From the NCBI GenBank assembly GCA_039096225.1, contig JBBPEB010000009.1, forward strand, positions 1,240,001 to 1,304,000: a stretch of 64,000 bases of DNA. The letters run 5' to 3'. The translations under genes were made by a program, and so were the position numbers. Under the pieces are notes generated by a model. The model was not told where the DNA came from. It made no database searches and saw only the letters and a program-made list of their open reading frames with translations. Position 1 is the stretch's first letter, and each line of letters starts with the position of its first letter. This DNA is from Blastocystis sp. Blastoise. Taxonomy: Eukaryota > Protista > Bigyra: Opalinata. Of the stretch, positions 16,970 through 39,664 are shown piece after piece.

Positions 16970-17642
16970 CAGCTATGCTTTCTATATATATACAAACATA
17001 TTATCAACTATGCTTTCTATATATATATATAGCTGTATATCCACAATATGAGCGTCTTCATTCTCTCTCGTCTACTCTCTCTTCTCTTCATTTATCCCTC
17101 ATGAATGAACCCTCACTATTCACAACGTCTCTAACGGCTGTTCTAATGAATATGTTTACCATCTGCTGGCAACTCAATCAACTACTTACTCTGTATATAT
17201 ATATATTTATTTATTTATTAGAATATATATATATTTATTTATTTATTTATTTATTTATTTGTCAATATTGTCATATTCTTATATATATATAACCATTATA
17301 CTATATAGTAAAACCTTTTCAGAATCTTCATGGGCAACGTTAAATAATAATAATTCAGATTCAAATCCATTATCTATCGATGTGGAGAACGATAACCGCG
17401 GGGATAGCACGGTTTTATCCAGTCATATTTGGAATATTTTACATGTTTCGAAAGAAATTGTCGATTTCTTTGTCACATGCAAAGAAGAGTATAAGAAGAA
17501 AATGGATACCTTTGGAAATACTGTTACAAGCGGTTACATTATTGAGGGAACACAATTGTCGACATATTATAAGAATCAAATTGAAAAAATAAGTATTCCA
17601 TTAATAGAACAACAATATATGCAATTATTTAATGATAATTAA
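13682..17642 (+). CDS. Tandem PH domains plus divergent Rab-GAP TBC domain protein, multi-exon
   Basis: PH1: ILWKGTLLTSG..SWQQKYFVFKANVVYYFD..VKGQFDI. PH2: YKWSKIYCCL..MLFFED..LNDWF. TBC-like: IPMEIRPKVW and LPFGVWVQVMDIY. All introns traced are GT-AG; upstream exons cannot be excluded. Confidence 0.65.
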
Positions 17643-18175
17643 TGTTATTATTATATCTACTGTAATAAAATCATATGTTTTTCTTTCTTCTTTTCTTTGT
17701 ATTCCTTTTATTCTTTATTCTTCTTCTTGTATTCTACACATACATAGCTTTATGTGTTTTTTTTTTCATTTGAATAGATGTTGTGTTGTAAATATAACTT
17801 CATTTATACTCTATATATAGTATAGAAGATCCAATAAATACTAGTTTTTTTAAAAATACCATTTTTTGTATATATTTTACAGTATATATATTTTTTAACT
17901 ATTTTTGTATTTTAATGAATACAAGTATATGATATAATAATGAAACAACAATAGAGAGAAACGGAAAGGAAAGTAATTTATAGGACAAATAGCACAATAG
18001 TCAGGAATTATAAATGACAAAAACAATAAATGTAAATAAGAGGAGAAAGAAAGAAAGAATAATAAGAAATTTAATAATTATATAATTTTATATATACTAT
18101 TCTATAGTATAAGCATATAAGATCAAAACTAAATAATAAGAATAGTACCATAAAGCAAGTAGTTCTATAATTATA

Positions 18176-20463
<2,288 letters not shown>

Positions 20464-21265
20464 GTGTAATATATAAATAATGATAAAAGAAATTATAATT
20501 TCAAATTGTGATTCTTTTCATTTTCATAAATGAAGATTATGACTGGAAACCCGACGATTCGAATATCCAGAAAATCTGTGGATTTCCCCCAAAAAGATCA
20601 TAAATTCTCGGGATAAATGAAAGGTCGGACTGAGGCTGTTCTCTTTTATGAAAAAAGTTTTTTATGAATTAACCTGATATTCTATATTGTGTTTTATAAT
20701 ATATTCATTTTATATATAATATATTCATTGTGTTTTGCATAGATTCATTGTTCATAACTTATATGAGCAATAGAATGCATAGAATCACTGAGATTCAAGT
20801 GAATGGTCATATAATAAAAAGATTATAGCTATAGATTTATCATGTTATTGGATTTCTTTTTTAAGCTAAGGCAATTAAATCTGGTTTGTAGCGGAAACTA
20901 GTGTAAACACTATTTTTACTCTTCTAATCATTAATAATGTAATTAAGCATACTGTTTTATGCATGATTTTCTATTCATACCTAATCTTTTTCATTTTTAA
21001 TTTTTATGAAAAGTAGTTAAGATTTAATTTTTTTTATTTTTTATTTTGATTAGGTTTTGTATTAATAAAATATATATATATAAATGATGAATAATTCGAA
21101 AAGACTTGAAACTATAACAATAAGAATTAACAGAGATTGTGTCAAATCCATAAAAATATTTGAAAAAGCGCAATAATAACGTTATTTAAAATCATAATAC
21201 AATGTTGCCAATGAAAATTAATAAGAATGAAACTAATTTAATGAAATATATATAAATAAAACTAT

Positions 21266-21489
21266 TTAGAAAGTTGGTTGAATGCCTAAATATTCAAGTG
21301 CTTTTTTATTCGTGTCAAATACTTCCTGAGCATTTTGATTGGATGATTTTAATTCATTTATCTTTTTATCCAATATCTCTATTTTATTTCTTAGTACAGG
21401 TAGAATAGTAGAGAGAGATATATATTCCAAATAATCATGATATTCGGCATTTAACTGGTCCTCTTCATCCTATATATATATATATATAT

Positions 21490-21532
<43 letters not shown>

Positions 21533-21706
21533 CACTTGTTTTGTGCTGGGGTGAACCTTTATAATTATATTATTAGTTATATATATACATATATATATAT
21601 ACAGTTGTTAATGACTGACGTCGGGATACAGTCTATACATATATATATGTGTATATATACATATACATATATATACAGAGTTTTGAATTGATACCCTTGG
21701 ACGTGA

Positions 21707-21741
<35 letters not shown>

Positions 21742-21792
21742 CTATATATATACAGTTGCACTTTTAGAAACAGAACGACTCTTTTCTTTCTA

Positions 21793-21868
<76 letters not shown>

Positions 21869-22108
21869 GCAATTAGAACTCTCCATGTTACTATATATAT
21901 ATATATTTATTATTTGAAATATGAATATAAAAAGGAGTATATATACTGTAATGATGGACCTGATAATGATCGTCTTCCCGTGATTATTTCAGTTGTTTCC
22001 TGTGTATCTTGAGTTTCTTTCGTGGGAATGACTCTGTTTAACAAGGAAAGATCTAATTCAAATAATGTATCATAAATAATACTATATATATACAATGAAT
22101 AATTCAAT

Positions 22109-22180
<72 letters not shown>

Positions 22181-22280
22181 TTATTATTAATATCTCTACC
22201 TCCATAAATGTAGAGTGCGTCATTGTACAGAAATGACGCATAATTATAAAGAGGCATTGGAGATGACTATAATAATAATA

Positions 22281-22350
<70 letters not shown>

Positions 22351-24189
22351 GTGTATTCATAGGAATCCAAATATTTTGTTGAAGATTATATATTGATGTA
22401 TATATAGAGTCCGAAGGAAGAGTTTGCTTATAATAAGAAGACGGTGTAGTAATAATAGCATAATTATTAAGTATAGAAATGGTGGGAACAAGGGAGAATG
22501 GCGGGGGAATAGAAGGAAACAAAGTATTAACACGCTTTAAATATATAGAATTAATTGTATAGTAGATTATATATATATATATACATATATATATAATATA
22601 TATATATACAGTCCAAAGTAGTGTATTGACATTCAGCTTATATATAGAGTTGAAAGAGAAAGAAGAAAAATCACTATAAATATAATCAATTAGTTAACAA
22701 CAGAATAAAATAGACTCTATAATAAGAGGTAACTAATATAGTATAACTAATATAATATAACTAATAATAACTAATATAATATAACTAATATAATATAACT
22801 AATAATAACTAATATAATATAACTAACATAGTATAACTAACATAATATAACTAATATAATATAACTAATAATAACTAATATAGCATAACTAATATAATAT
22901 AACTATAGTATAATTAATATATATACTCCTTAACTCCTCCATAAATATAGATTTCATTTCTATATGTAAATAAACCGTGGTTTTTTCGGTTGCAGAGAAC
23001 GATATGATTCTGAGAGTTACTGGTTGTATCATTCCCGTGGGAATCATTATAACTATAGAGATAAAGAATAATTCGTGAAAGAAGATGGATCATAGAATAA
23101 ATATTCTACTAATACTATAGATAAAGGATTATAAATATACCAATATAGCATTTCTTCTTCGTAAAGTGGATACCCTTCCGTTACAGTCTGTTTAGATATT
23201 GAAGAGGGATCTCTTTTTTGATTGGTGATATCGATGGATGTGTTGAGTTTCTTCCAATAGCGTTCCACTGTGTGATATCGATACACGTGCATAGGATTGT
23301 ACATATCATAACTACCTATATATATAATAATAATAATATAGGGATATAGAGTAACATATATATATTGATATATAATATATTGATATATAATATTGTAAAC
23401 TAATATTAAATATATATAATTATATAATATTGTGAAATAATATTAAATATATATAATTATATAATATTGTGAGATAATAATAAATATATGTAAGTATATA
23501 ATATTGTGAAATAATAATAAATATATATAAGTATATAATATTGTGAAATAATAATAAATAAAAATCATATATAATATTGTGAAATAATAATAATATAAAA
23601 ACCATATATAATATTCTTTTACAAAATAGAGATTCAAATTTAAACCATAGATATATATACCATCTTCATAATTGCCTCCAATGATATATATATATGGATA
23701 TATATAAGCCATTTGGTGGGAAGACACAGGTGGCGGGCAATCAAAGAAATCAAGCTAATAGGAATAATCATAAATATAGTAATAAAGAAATACTTTTTAA
23801 AAATATATATATACTTTTTCCCAAATATGTGTATGAATATTAAACGAATAAAAGTCATCTGTTCGAGTATTAAGGAAATTATTGTTGCTATTATGTTTAC
23901 CTCCAAATATATACATTAAATCATCTACAAGGATAGCCGTGTGAGATATTGTACCCTGTGGCAGATCTCCTGTTGCTTCAATAAGAGAGATCTTCTTATT
24001 ATCCATATTGATTTCATAAACAGAATCATTTAATCTTGCAACCGTATTATTTAAGCAACCACCAAATAAGTATCCTTTCTTTTCGTTCTCAGAAAAAACA
24101 ATGGTATGATGTGAAACTTTGAAGTGCCTTGAATTTAATGTTATAGCATTCCAAGATAGAGAACAATTAGAATCAACATCAATACTCAT
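21266..24189 (-). CDS. Kelch-repeat protein with microexon-encoded low-complexity tail
   Basis: Repeated H...YLFGG, YIFGG, YIIGG and YIYGG kelch motifs with a downstream W. The spliced frame is continuous to the stop at 21266-21268. Confidence 0.85.
23420..23600. repeat. Intronic minisatellite (TATAATATTGTGAAATAATAATAAA..., period about 35-40 bp)
   Basis: Five degenerate tandem copies in a Kelch gene intron. Confidence 0.75.
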
Positions 24190-24952
24190 TTATAATATCA
24201 GCTTATTTATTATAATTATATATATGTTGAGTGGGTATAAAATCAAAAAATATATATATTTTTATTCTAAAAACTGATGAAATAAGTAACAAGAAAATAT
24301 TAAAGAATCATTTCGTATTTCATTATTAAAACTTTGTTTTTCTTTAATGTTTCCCTAATTAAATAATAAAAATATATATTTTGTGGATTACTTCATATAT
24401 TGCATACATTCTATGTTTTCGTTCTGAGAAGAAAATAATTGAACAATTATTTCGACTTTTTTTCATGCCCATATACGCTCAATATTATCTATATCTCTAT
24501 CTGCTACTGAGAAACCTGAAACAAATCAAGTAATACTTCATTGTTAATTCTGAGTCATTACTATTTTAGCGATGTTTTTTATTCTGTTGTGTTTAATCTA
24601 TGTTGTTATCAAATATATTTATATTTATGTTATCTCATAATATAAAATGAAGTATACATTTTCAAAGAAACAAGATAAAAAACAAAATGATTAGTATCAA
24701 TAGAAGACTAGATAGTTTATTTAAGATCCAATACGTTTTTATTATCGAATACATCATAAACTAAAAAAATACACATCAAATAATGATAAAAACGAAGTCT
24801 TAAAAATATAGTCTATGATGAAAGATTTCCCATGTTTCTCAGCACAACTCTAAAAATGAAAGAAAAAGCAAATTTGTTTTTTCTTTGTACGACTCTAAGG
24901 GTTATTATTTCTGTAAAGAACATAAAAATAAATTATCGGAAAGACACAGAAT

Positions 24953-26410
24953 ATGCAAAACACTTTACAAAAATTAACGTCTGCCGCATTGGAAACATTT
25001 GGTATGAATCGTGTAGAAGATGCTACATTCCAGGGATACCTTCAAAGAATAAAAGGATATGAAGATGCCTTGGATTCGTTGGAAAATGCTTGTAGCGAGC
25101 TTTTCTCTTTATGTGAAACTACAGGTCAGAGTTTATCTCATAGTCTTCGAGACATGAATCAAATATTAGAAAATACTGAAGATAATATCGATGTTTGGAA
25201 AACAATTGCATATTATCACTACACTGTTTCGGTCTCAGATTCTCTAATCTTTAATGAAATTGTATTATATATATATATATTGTTTGATTATCATTATTTA
25301 TATTACATATATATATTATTTAGAAAGAAAAAGTCAGAGATGAAATTATTGATTTATTAGATATTAAGAGACAGATGTTAGATTCAATTACAGATCGTAT
25401 TCAAATCTGTGATCGAAAAAATATAGAACTAAAATCTGTATATTATATTTATTATGTTTTTTTTTTAATTTTTGTTTATTATGTTTATGTTTATTATTGT
25501 TATTTGTTTTTTTTTAGTTAAAATCTGTCTTAGCAAATATGGAAGAATCTAAAGATGAAAATCAAAGTAGAATTGATACTTTATTAGAACGTATCACTAA
25601 TTTATCTGTAGAAGTAGATAATGAAAAGACTCAATTAAAACAAGATATAGAGTTATTGTATACTTATATTAATAAGTATATATTAACATCACTCAATACT
25701 ATAAAAGATCTTCATACTTACTTATACTCTTCTCTTCATACTTCTCTTACTGCTCCTCTACCTGATATATATGATGATCCTAAAGCTCCATTAATCGCGG
25801 GAAAAGAAGACTCAGAAATGGATATCTCGGTTCCTCCACGTGATTTTCATGAACTTCCCTTAGCGATTCGAAAAGGTCGTTGTGTTAAATGGACGTTTTC
25901 CACGGGAGATGTAGATATTGGCTTTCAAGTTATATTTAGAAAAGATATGAGTCAATATGAGACAAATAATCAAGGGAATAATGATAATACTGAAGGAGCA
26001 GAAGTTGTTAAGGAAACAGTCTCTTCAAATATTCGCGGGAATCGTGTCGATAGTGATGAAGTTGTTGTCGAATACCAACGTCTTGGAGGTGACGGAAGAC
26101 TTGTCACGTATAGATATATATTATTTTATTATTATATTCATTTCATTCTGTTTATATTATTCTATATAGTATTCTTATGTATTATTCTTATATATTATTC
26201 TTATATATTCATGTTTATAATGTTTATTATTATTTTATAGTGGTTCTTATACTGGTGAATCAAAGGGCATGTTATTATTAGTCTTTGATAATAAATACTC
26301 TATTTTCAGATATAAACAAATTCATCTTCGACTTAGTTATTCAGGTATATATACATATATATATGTTCTTCTTCTTATTTCTAAGAATAATAAATATATT
26401 TTATTGTTTT

Positions 26411-26470
<60 letters not shown>

Positions 26471-27060
26471 TATAATAATATCTCCATCTCACAGCGTATT
26501 GTCACTCAAGGAATATAGTGAATTGAGCACATCTTCAAAGATGGAAAACACTAGTACACGTAGTATAAATAGCATTCACAGTACTCTCTCAGATACAGAT
26601 ACTATAACGAATAAAGCTAATACGTATATATAATATATATATTATGATAATGTATTAAAAGTATAATTATGATTCCTATCTATTGAATATATATTATATT
26701 TTATTTTTTATATTCTTTTTTTATGTTTTTAAAATTTAAAATTTAAAATATATATATATATATATTATAGTGTATCTCGATCCTCATCTGTATCTTCATC
26801 AACCGAAACACAAATGAATCCATTAAATAATGATTCTATTCCTATAAATACATTAATTGGAAAATCCAGTGGTATATATCTATACTGATAATAACATTAT
26901 ATTAATTATTCATTTAAATATATATTTTATGTCTATTAATATATATTTATATATATATATAGATATAAAGTCCATTATAACAGAGCCTGCATCTATGATT
27001 ACACAATTAAAGGAAGATAGCAAAGAAGGATGGGGAGAAGAAGAAGATCTTCAATTATAG
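24953..27060 (+). CDS. Coiled-coil/BAR-like N-terminus plus GOLD domain protein, multi-exon
   Basis: Helical N-terminus (RVEDATFQGYLQRIKGYEDALDSL). GOLD domain: ISVPPRDFHEL..VKWTFSTGDVDIGF..GSY..GMLLLVFDNKYSIFRYKQI. Confidence 0.7.
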
Positions 27061-28223
27061 AGTCTATATTATTAAAAATATTTATTTTTTATCTAATAAT
27101 TCATTAGTATAAACACATTTTATTTGTGCAACTTTTTTGTGTTTATGTTTATTAATTACTTTTTCTTTTTTTGTTTTTGATTCAATCTGCTATTCACTTA
27201 TTATTTTTTTTAATACAATCATACGCCTTTCATTATTCTATATATTTTTCGAATTGCTTATTTCTAAACATATTATTATATTTTTTATTGAATCAATTGT
27301 CTTTTTTTTTTGTGGTCTTCTCTTAATCAGATGAACATATTTTTCTTCCTTTTTCTTTGTTCCTCTTTTCTCTTCATATCCCTACTATACTAATATTAAT
27401 TTTTAGATTCATATTGACCAAATAATTACTTGTTCATACTATAATAACTCACTAGAATAGAAGTTTCAAATCAATGTAAGGAATTTTATGACTGGAATCA
27501 ATGAATATATATTGTCTATGAATTCTCCTAAATGAATTTAAAAAAGAAGAAATGAAGTTAATAATTGGAAAATAATTCTTTTCGAATTCATCATAATTAT
27601 ATTTGATTATTTATTAACTAATATAATATGTCCTCCATCCATAATGAATCTTCACAATTGTCAATACTGACACAAATAGAAATTCAGAATGTTCAAAACC
27701 TATGAAAATGACAGAATATGGGTACATGAATCGTTATTTGTTTGTGTCATTTATAAAAGTCATTCATCATTTAAAATAAAAACCGAGAAACTCTCAATAT
27801 CTTTGATTTTATTGGTATATCCTTTATTTATTTCATAAGAATCAAATAAAGACCAGAACACATTTCTCTTCTTCTTTGTGTTTCATGAAAGTGGTTTAGA
27901 TGAGTATACCTGTGTCATAAAAAAGAGGGGAAATTCTTGTGAAGACATCATTTGCTGATTTTAAGTTTCTTGACTTCTAACAAGATTCTGCAAAAACAAA
28001 AGTTTTATAACATATATTATTGTTATTCTATTTTAGAAAATCATTTTTTTGTGATTTCTTTTTTTTTTGTATTAGAAAAGCAATTGCAATATATATATTT
28101 GAAAGAATCATAAAAAAATGTTTGTAATATCTATCAAAACAATTATGATTTGTATAGAATTGGGAATCAAGTTCTTATTGAGCATACACATTTAAATAAT
28201 TACTATATATTTTTAATTAAGAA

Positions 28224-29408
28224 ATGGTTGGTCGTCGTAGAAGATCTAGTAGTATTGACAATTGGAGATGTCAAGAAGATCCAATTGTGAACCGTAATAG
28301 TACTCAGAAGTTGGCAGCACAAGAATATGTGAGGCGAAAGAATTCTATTCATAGAGTTCCAAATAAGAGTCATGTAGAGCGATTAGTTCATAATCGTCGT
28401 CGAAAAGTCTCTATTGCGCATCCTACATGTTCAGATATAAAGAAAGATATTAAAGATGAAGATATTTCAAGTGAATGTGTTAAGCAAAATGAGTGTGAAA
28501 GTTCTCCAAAGAATGTTGCTTATGTAGATTTACCTGATATTGATTTAGTTATAGTTAGTCTTGGTCATTTTGATATTGGAAGTTGTGATATATTTAAACG
28601 TAAGTTATTTTTATTTGTGTTATATTCTCTTATATATATATATATATATATATAAAGAGAAATCTAATTCTATATTATATAGCATTGGTTGAAGAAGAGA
28701 AAGATGAATTATGTCGATATATGATATCTATATTATTTCCAGATAATACATTTTATAATTATTTTGATCAAACGAAATCGATTCGATTAAATCAAAATCA
28801 AATTCTTGATATATATACAGTTTTATTAGAAACAGTTTTTTCAGATGAAGATTTATGCTATGAAATTAAAGATCTTTGTATGTTTATATTTATTATATTT
28901 ATATTTATTATATTTTTATTTATTATATTTTTATTTATTATATTTTTATTTATTATATTTATTTATTATTTATATTTATTATATTTATTATTTATTATAT
29001 TTATATTTATTATATTTATATTTATTATATTTATATTTATTATGTTTATATTTATTATGTTTATTTTATTATTAACCAAAATTATATTTTAGGCATTGAA
29101 GATTTTTTAGAATGTTGTTTTACGACGCGTACGTTAAGTAAATTATTAACACAATTACGATTTGAGAAACAATATCATTTGTCAAGTAGAGCTTTAATTT
29201 TAAAGGTATTTGAGTTTATTATGTTTATATATATATATTATTAATATTTAATATAATGTAATATTACTAATTGTATATTCTTTATCTCTAGAGTGTATGT
29301 AATATTATTCCTTGTATATATAAAGAAGTATATGATCAATTATTATGTTCTATCACTGATTTTGAAATATCAGAACGATCGTTACCTAGAGAAGATGGAC
29401 AGGGTATA

Positions 29409-29441
<33 letters not shown>

Positions 29442-30084
29442 CTGTTTAGTATGTTTATATTTATATTCATACCTTTGTTTATTATTATTATTATAGAGAC
29501 ATCACGTGAGTTTAGTTCTATAAAATGGAATCAATGTGGACATATACACAGACTCGTTGAATTATGGGAATATTTTGTTGAAAATTTAAAAGATAAAAAG
29601 GAGGTTATGGATCGATATGAACAACCTAAATCTATATGTTTATCTCTATTACCTTCATATAAGAAAGAAACATATAAATTATTACTATGTTTGTTAGCTT
29701 TCTTAAAGACACGTTTTACTATATCTAAATATAGTGATACTTGTATTAATGGAACAAATATCTTATTATCTCTCTATCCAGAATATAGTCTACAAATTAT
29801 TAAAGAAATGTGTAAGAAATGGCCGATTGGAAATACAGATAAAGAGATTTCTTATATACACTTTGTGGAGAATATTTTATGTGTAGTTCATCCTAATGTA
29901 TGTACTTCTTCTCCCTTTCCTCTTCATCCTCTATTTACAAAAATATTTCGAGCTCTTCAATCGAATCATAATATGTTATGTAGAAGAACATTGCTTATGA
30001 TGCAAAACAAAGATATTTTATTTAATTATATATTCAAAGATGAAGAGTTACTTAATCAATATAAAACTTCACTTTTTAATTTAG

Positions 30085-30125
<41 letters not shown>

Positions 30126-30306
30126 TATTTTTATTATTATTTATTTTATATTATTATTATATATTATTATATATTATTATATATTATTATATATTCTTTA
30201 TCAAAATTAAATATATAAATATATTCCTTATATAGCGCAAAGTTGGGATCCAATGATTAAGCAGATAAGTGAAGAACAATTTGATAATTTACTCGATTAT
30301 ATATAA
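28224..30306 (+). CDS. Divergent PP2A regulatory subunit B56 (B') family protein, multi-exon
   Basis: HIHRLVELW, LLPSYK, KKWPIGNTDKEISYI (cf. KYWP.TNS.KEVMFL) and IFRALQSNHNMLCRRTL (cf. S.HFQVAERAL). Confidence 0.7.
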
Positions 30307-31058
30307 TCAATATCTTTATATGAATTTATAAAAAGAGAAAATTACAATAGTATCTGTTGAACTATCTTATTTAGTATTATTATATTATCACATAAGATAT
30401 CTCTTTATACTTAATCTATTTTAATTGTTTCCTGTATATTATATATTTCTAAAAGAAAAAAAATGTTTCAATATTCTATATAAAATAAAATGTAATATAA
30501 AAAAAGAAAAAAAGTTATTTCTTATCCTTTTAAGGGGTTAAACTGTACTGCTTTCTATGATATTATTATAATTATCAATAGTTGTGGGGATTTAATTATT
30601 CTTGTTTGGTTATAAAACTTATTTGAGAATTGATTTGTTCTTTAAATACTTTAATAGAAATATAACACTGACTTGATATTTAAGAATGATAATAATCAAT
30701 ATATCATCAGTAATCATGCTTATAATTAACATAGTTGCAAAAAACATTTGTTTCTTTTTAAATGAACTCAATCTACAAAGAAAAGTTTACATATATATCC
30801 CTTTTATTATAAAGCATAAGAACGAATGATACATTACATATAAATGGAAGACTAATTCTTAATATTCATTATTCTTTAAATAATGAAATTTAAAAAATTG
30901 ACCGCCAAAAATGATAAAAAAAAGAGGGAAATCCAAAAAAAAATTCTTCTGTTTCGTCATTCATATTCGAAAACAATATAATATATAAGATAAATAAAAA
31001 TCACTTAACTACTATTCATGTTAACCTATAAAAAGCATTAAATAGAAGATCCAAGTTG

Positions 31059-32100
31059 ATGATTGGTTATAGAGCAATCTCATTTTTATCTCATTTTTTA
31101 TTTCTTGATGTCGATACTTTTCTTATATTTCTTTTATATTCTGTAATATGGTTCATAAAAGTGTAAGTGAAGTTTATATATTATACAAACGTTTTCCTAT
31201 GATTACAAATATTTGCTACTCTTGACTTCATTGGATGACGATACAGCCACCAAGATCTCTGAGGAATCATGTTTGTTTTTTATTTTCTTAATCTTTTATT
31301 TATTCTATAATTATCATTAATATTTGGCAATGACGATATAAATGTTTCGTTATGAGACGAAAGTCTTTGAAATCTTCCACGAAACGCTGCCTTCCTTCTT
31401 AGCTATATATTATTATTATTTTTTTAATATTCTTATGGTTCGATTATGTATGGCAATAGTAAAGTTATTTTAGATTGATGAAGACACTAATGGGAATCTC
31501 TCTGAATCCTGATTAGAACAACTGTGTCATCATTGCTCTGACTAAAATATCTTTTATGATTGTACATGAATCTGTTATATATACGTATATTATTATCGAA
31601 ATTGATTGATGATTCAGATAGGGACACCTGATTTCTTTGAAGAACAAAACATATCTGTTTTTTCACTGACAATTTTGATATTTATTTTTTTTTAAATATA
31701 TGTATATTTATTCTATTATGGTTACGATGAGATTAGACTAGAGTCTCTGAAATTAAATTGAAGATACTTTTTGTCCAACTGAACCATATTTAGATTATTT
31801 AATAAATTATGTAAAGGATGAAATTTTTGTATCTTGATCTTCATGATAGATTTACAAAGAGCTTTTTAAATCTGATATATGCATGATTTATAAATTTATT
31901 CATTCTTTATTTCTCTTATTATATATATATTAATAATGAATTTCAATGATGATTAGATCTAAACAATTCTGACACCTCTAATATGAATACCAATATTGGT
32001 CTGTGTTTACTATTTCGATCTCATCTGAAGAAAATTATTTTAATATATTTAGTTGTTAATTAATATATTTTATTTTTAAAGAAAGCGTTTTGTTACAAAC
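31059..32100 (+). pseudogene. Possible decayed gene remnant
   Basis: Coding-like patches (IDEDTNGNLSES*LEQLCHHCSD*; FCPTEPYLDYLINYVKDEIFVS*) with in-frame stops and eroded splice-like boundaries. TGTTTGTT lies downstream at 32186-32193. No family recognised. Confidence 0.3.
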
Positions 32101-32473
32101 TAAAATTTTAATTTTTTATTATTACACTAAATTTTTAAAAAGACTTCATGAATATATTGAACATAAAATTATTTTTTTAAAAGAATGTTTGTTTTTATTT
32201 AATAAAAAAAAACTATTTGCATAATATATATTATTTTTCTTTTCTTTAAAAAGAAAATTTTCATAATATATATATTATTATTTTTCTTTTCTTTAAAAAA
32301 AACAAAACAAATTTTTTAAACTTGAAAAACATCTAAAGCATTAATTAAAGAATTTTTATAATATAAAATTATAATGCATGCTTATAAAAAAAATAAATGA
32401 AATCAGCAATAACAAAAAAATAAAGAATGAATATAATTTTTTATAGGAAAGAAAAAATAGAAAAATAAATTGT

Positions 32474-38043
<5,570 letters not shown>

Positions 38044-39664
38044 TTACTGTATTGTATTATGTATATATATTATCTGGAAATAGAAAATAAATATGTGGAT
38101 TTTTTATTTTCCAAAGATTCTATATACATATATAGAAGACCAACGTTCAGTGATGAAAAATACATCATAATTATAGTTGTTGTGGAAGCAATCGTAAATC
38201 CCTTTACTCTTTTTGAAGTCGTTAGAAAAAAATGACAGTTTTGTATGACGCATGAATGGTAGAATAGAAACACTTTTCGAATGTTTGATTACGTCTTGAG
38301 ATTACCTTTGAATCTTATTCATAACCGTGGAAAAGAACACACTATATTTGACTTATAAATGAATGACGAGTTCTAGGTCATCGACTGTTTTAACCATACC
38401 CAAATAAAATCGATAGATTCTCTGGTTCGTCAGATAGGATAAAAAGAATAAAACCAAGAGAAAGAAAAAAATGAATAATCTTAGTAATAATTGGTTTTTA
38501 AAAACGACTGGCAAATTAAAGATAAAAGAATTAATGATAATCGTTTATTTAATCGAGATTTATCAACAACTCTATAGAGTTCTCCTTAAAATTTTGCTTA
38601 CAAAAAGATCTCCTTATTCATGGCAACTCCTGTAACCAAAAGAAAACGTAACACAAAACGGAAGTACTCCATTGTGTCTCCTCTTGTTTTTACTTTAAGA
38701 ATTATCTAACTTTTTCTTTTATTTAACATATACATCGATTTACATATAATGAAAGAAAATGAATTCACATTTTTTTTAAATTATTTTTTTATCATAATCC
38801 CATTTGTTCTGAGTAAATGAGAAATGTTTTTTTAGATATAGTGTGTATGAATATATATATATATATTTTTATATGTTCATTGAACATATATATATATAAT
38901 GAAATTATTTTTACTTGGTTTAGACCTATTTCAAAAAATATATATTTTTTTTCTTGTGTGTATGCATAAAAATGTATAAAGAAATATAAAATAATTAACT
39001 GTAAACGATAAGTTAAAAAAAATGTATTCAACAAACAAAAATTTTTTTTATATTTAAATATCTCGTTGACAATAAAACTGTTTATTAAAATAAATAAAAA
39101 AACTATTTTTATATAGTTTGTTTATTTCTCTTACTATTTGCATTGTTTCTGTTGTTATGTACATGTTCTTTAATAATCCCAAAAAGTTATTTTTTAATAA
39201 AAGTCATGAAAATATATATATTCATCATATAATGATTATTATTTATTTTTCAATCTATACATTTTTAAATAATAAAACAAACATTTTGAGTAAAAATGAA
39301 TTTCAATTAATTTATGGAAAACAGATTTTATAAGTTTTTCATTCATTTGGTTGATAAAGAACCTATATAGATAAGTATGAGAACCACATATAGACAAAGA
39401 AAAGAGAATAAATTTGGAAAAGACTAGAAGTTCTAGAGAATAATCACGGTTTTTCACCCTTCAAAATACGACTGCAAGTGTAATAAATAGTTCATTCAAA
39501 AAAATGTAATTTTCTGAGTTAATTCGTTTTATAAAGTCAAAAAAACAACAAAAACCAAATTAATTTCGACATCTACAATCGACTTTTCTACCCCAAAAAT
39601 ATCTGATTATTCTTATCACATTTTCTCATCTTATAAATTATATTTATACTTGTCAATTCCAACA

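Noticed and set aside
20528-20635. Possible C/D box snoRNA (TGAAGA...CTGA)
   Set aside because: Imperfect C box, no terminal stem and no rRNA complement I could verify; more likely the SMS promoter.
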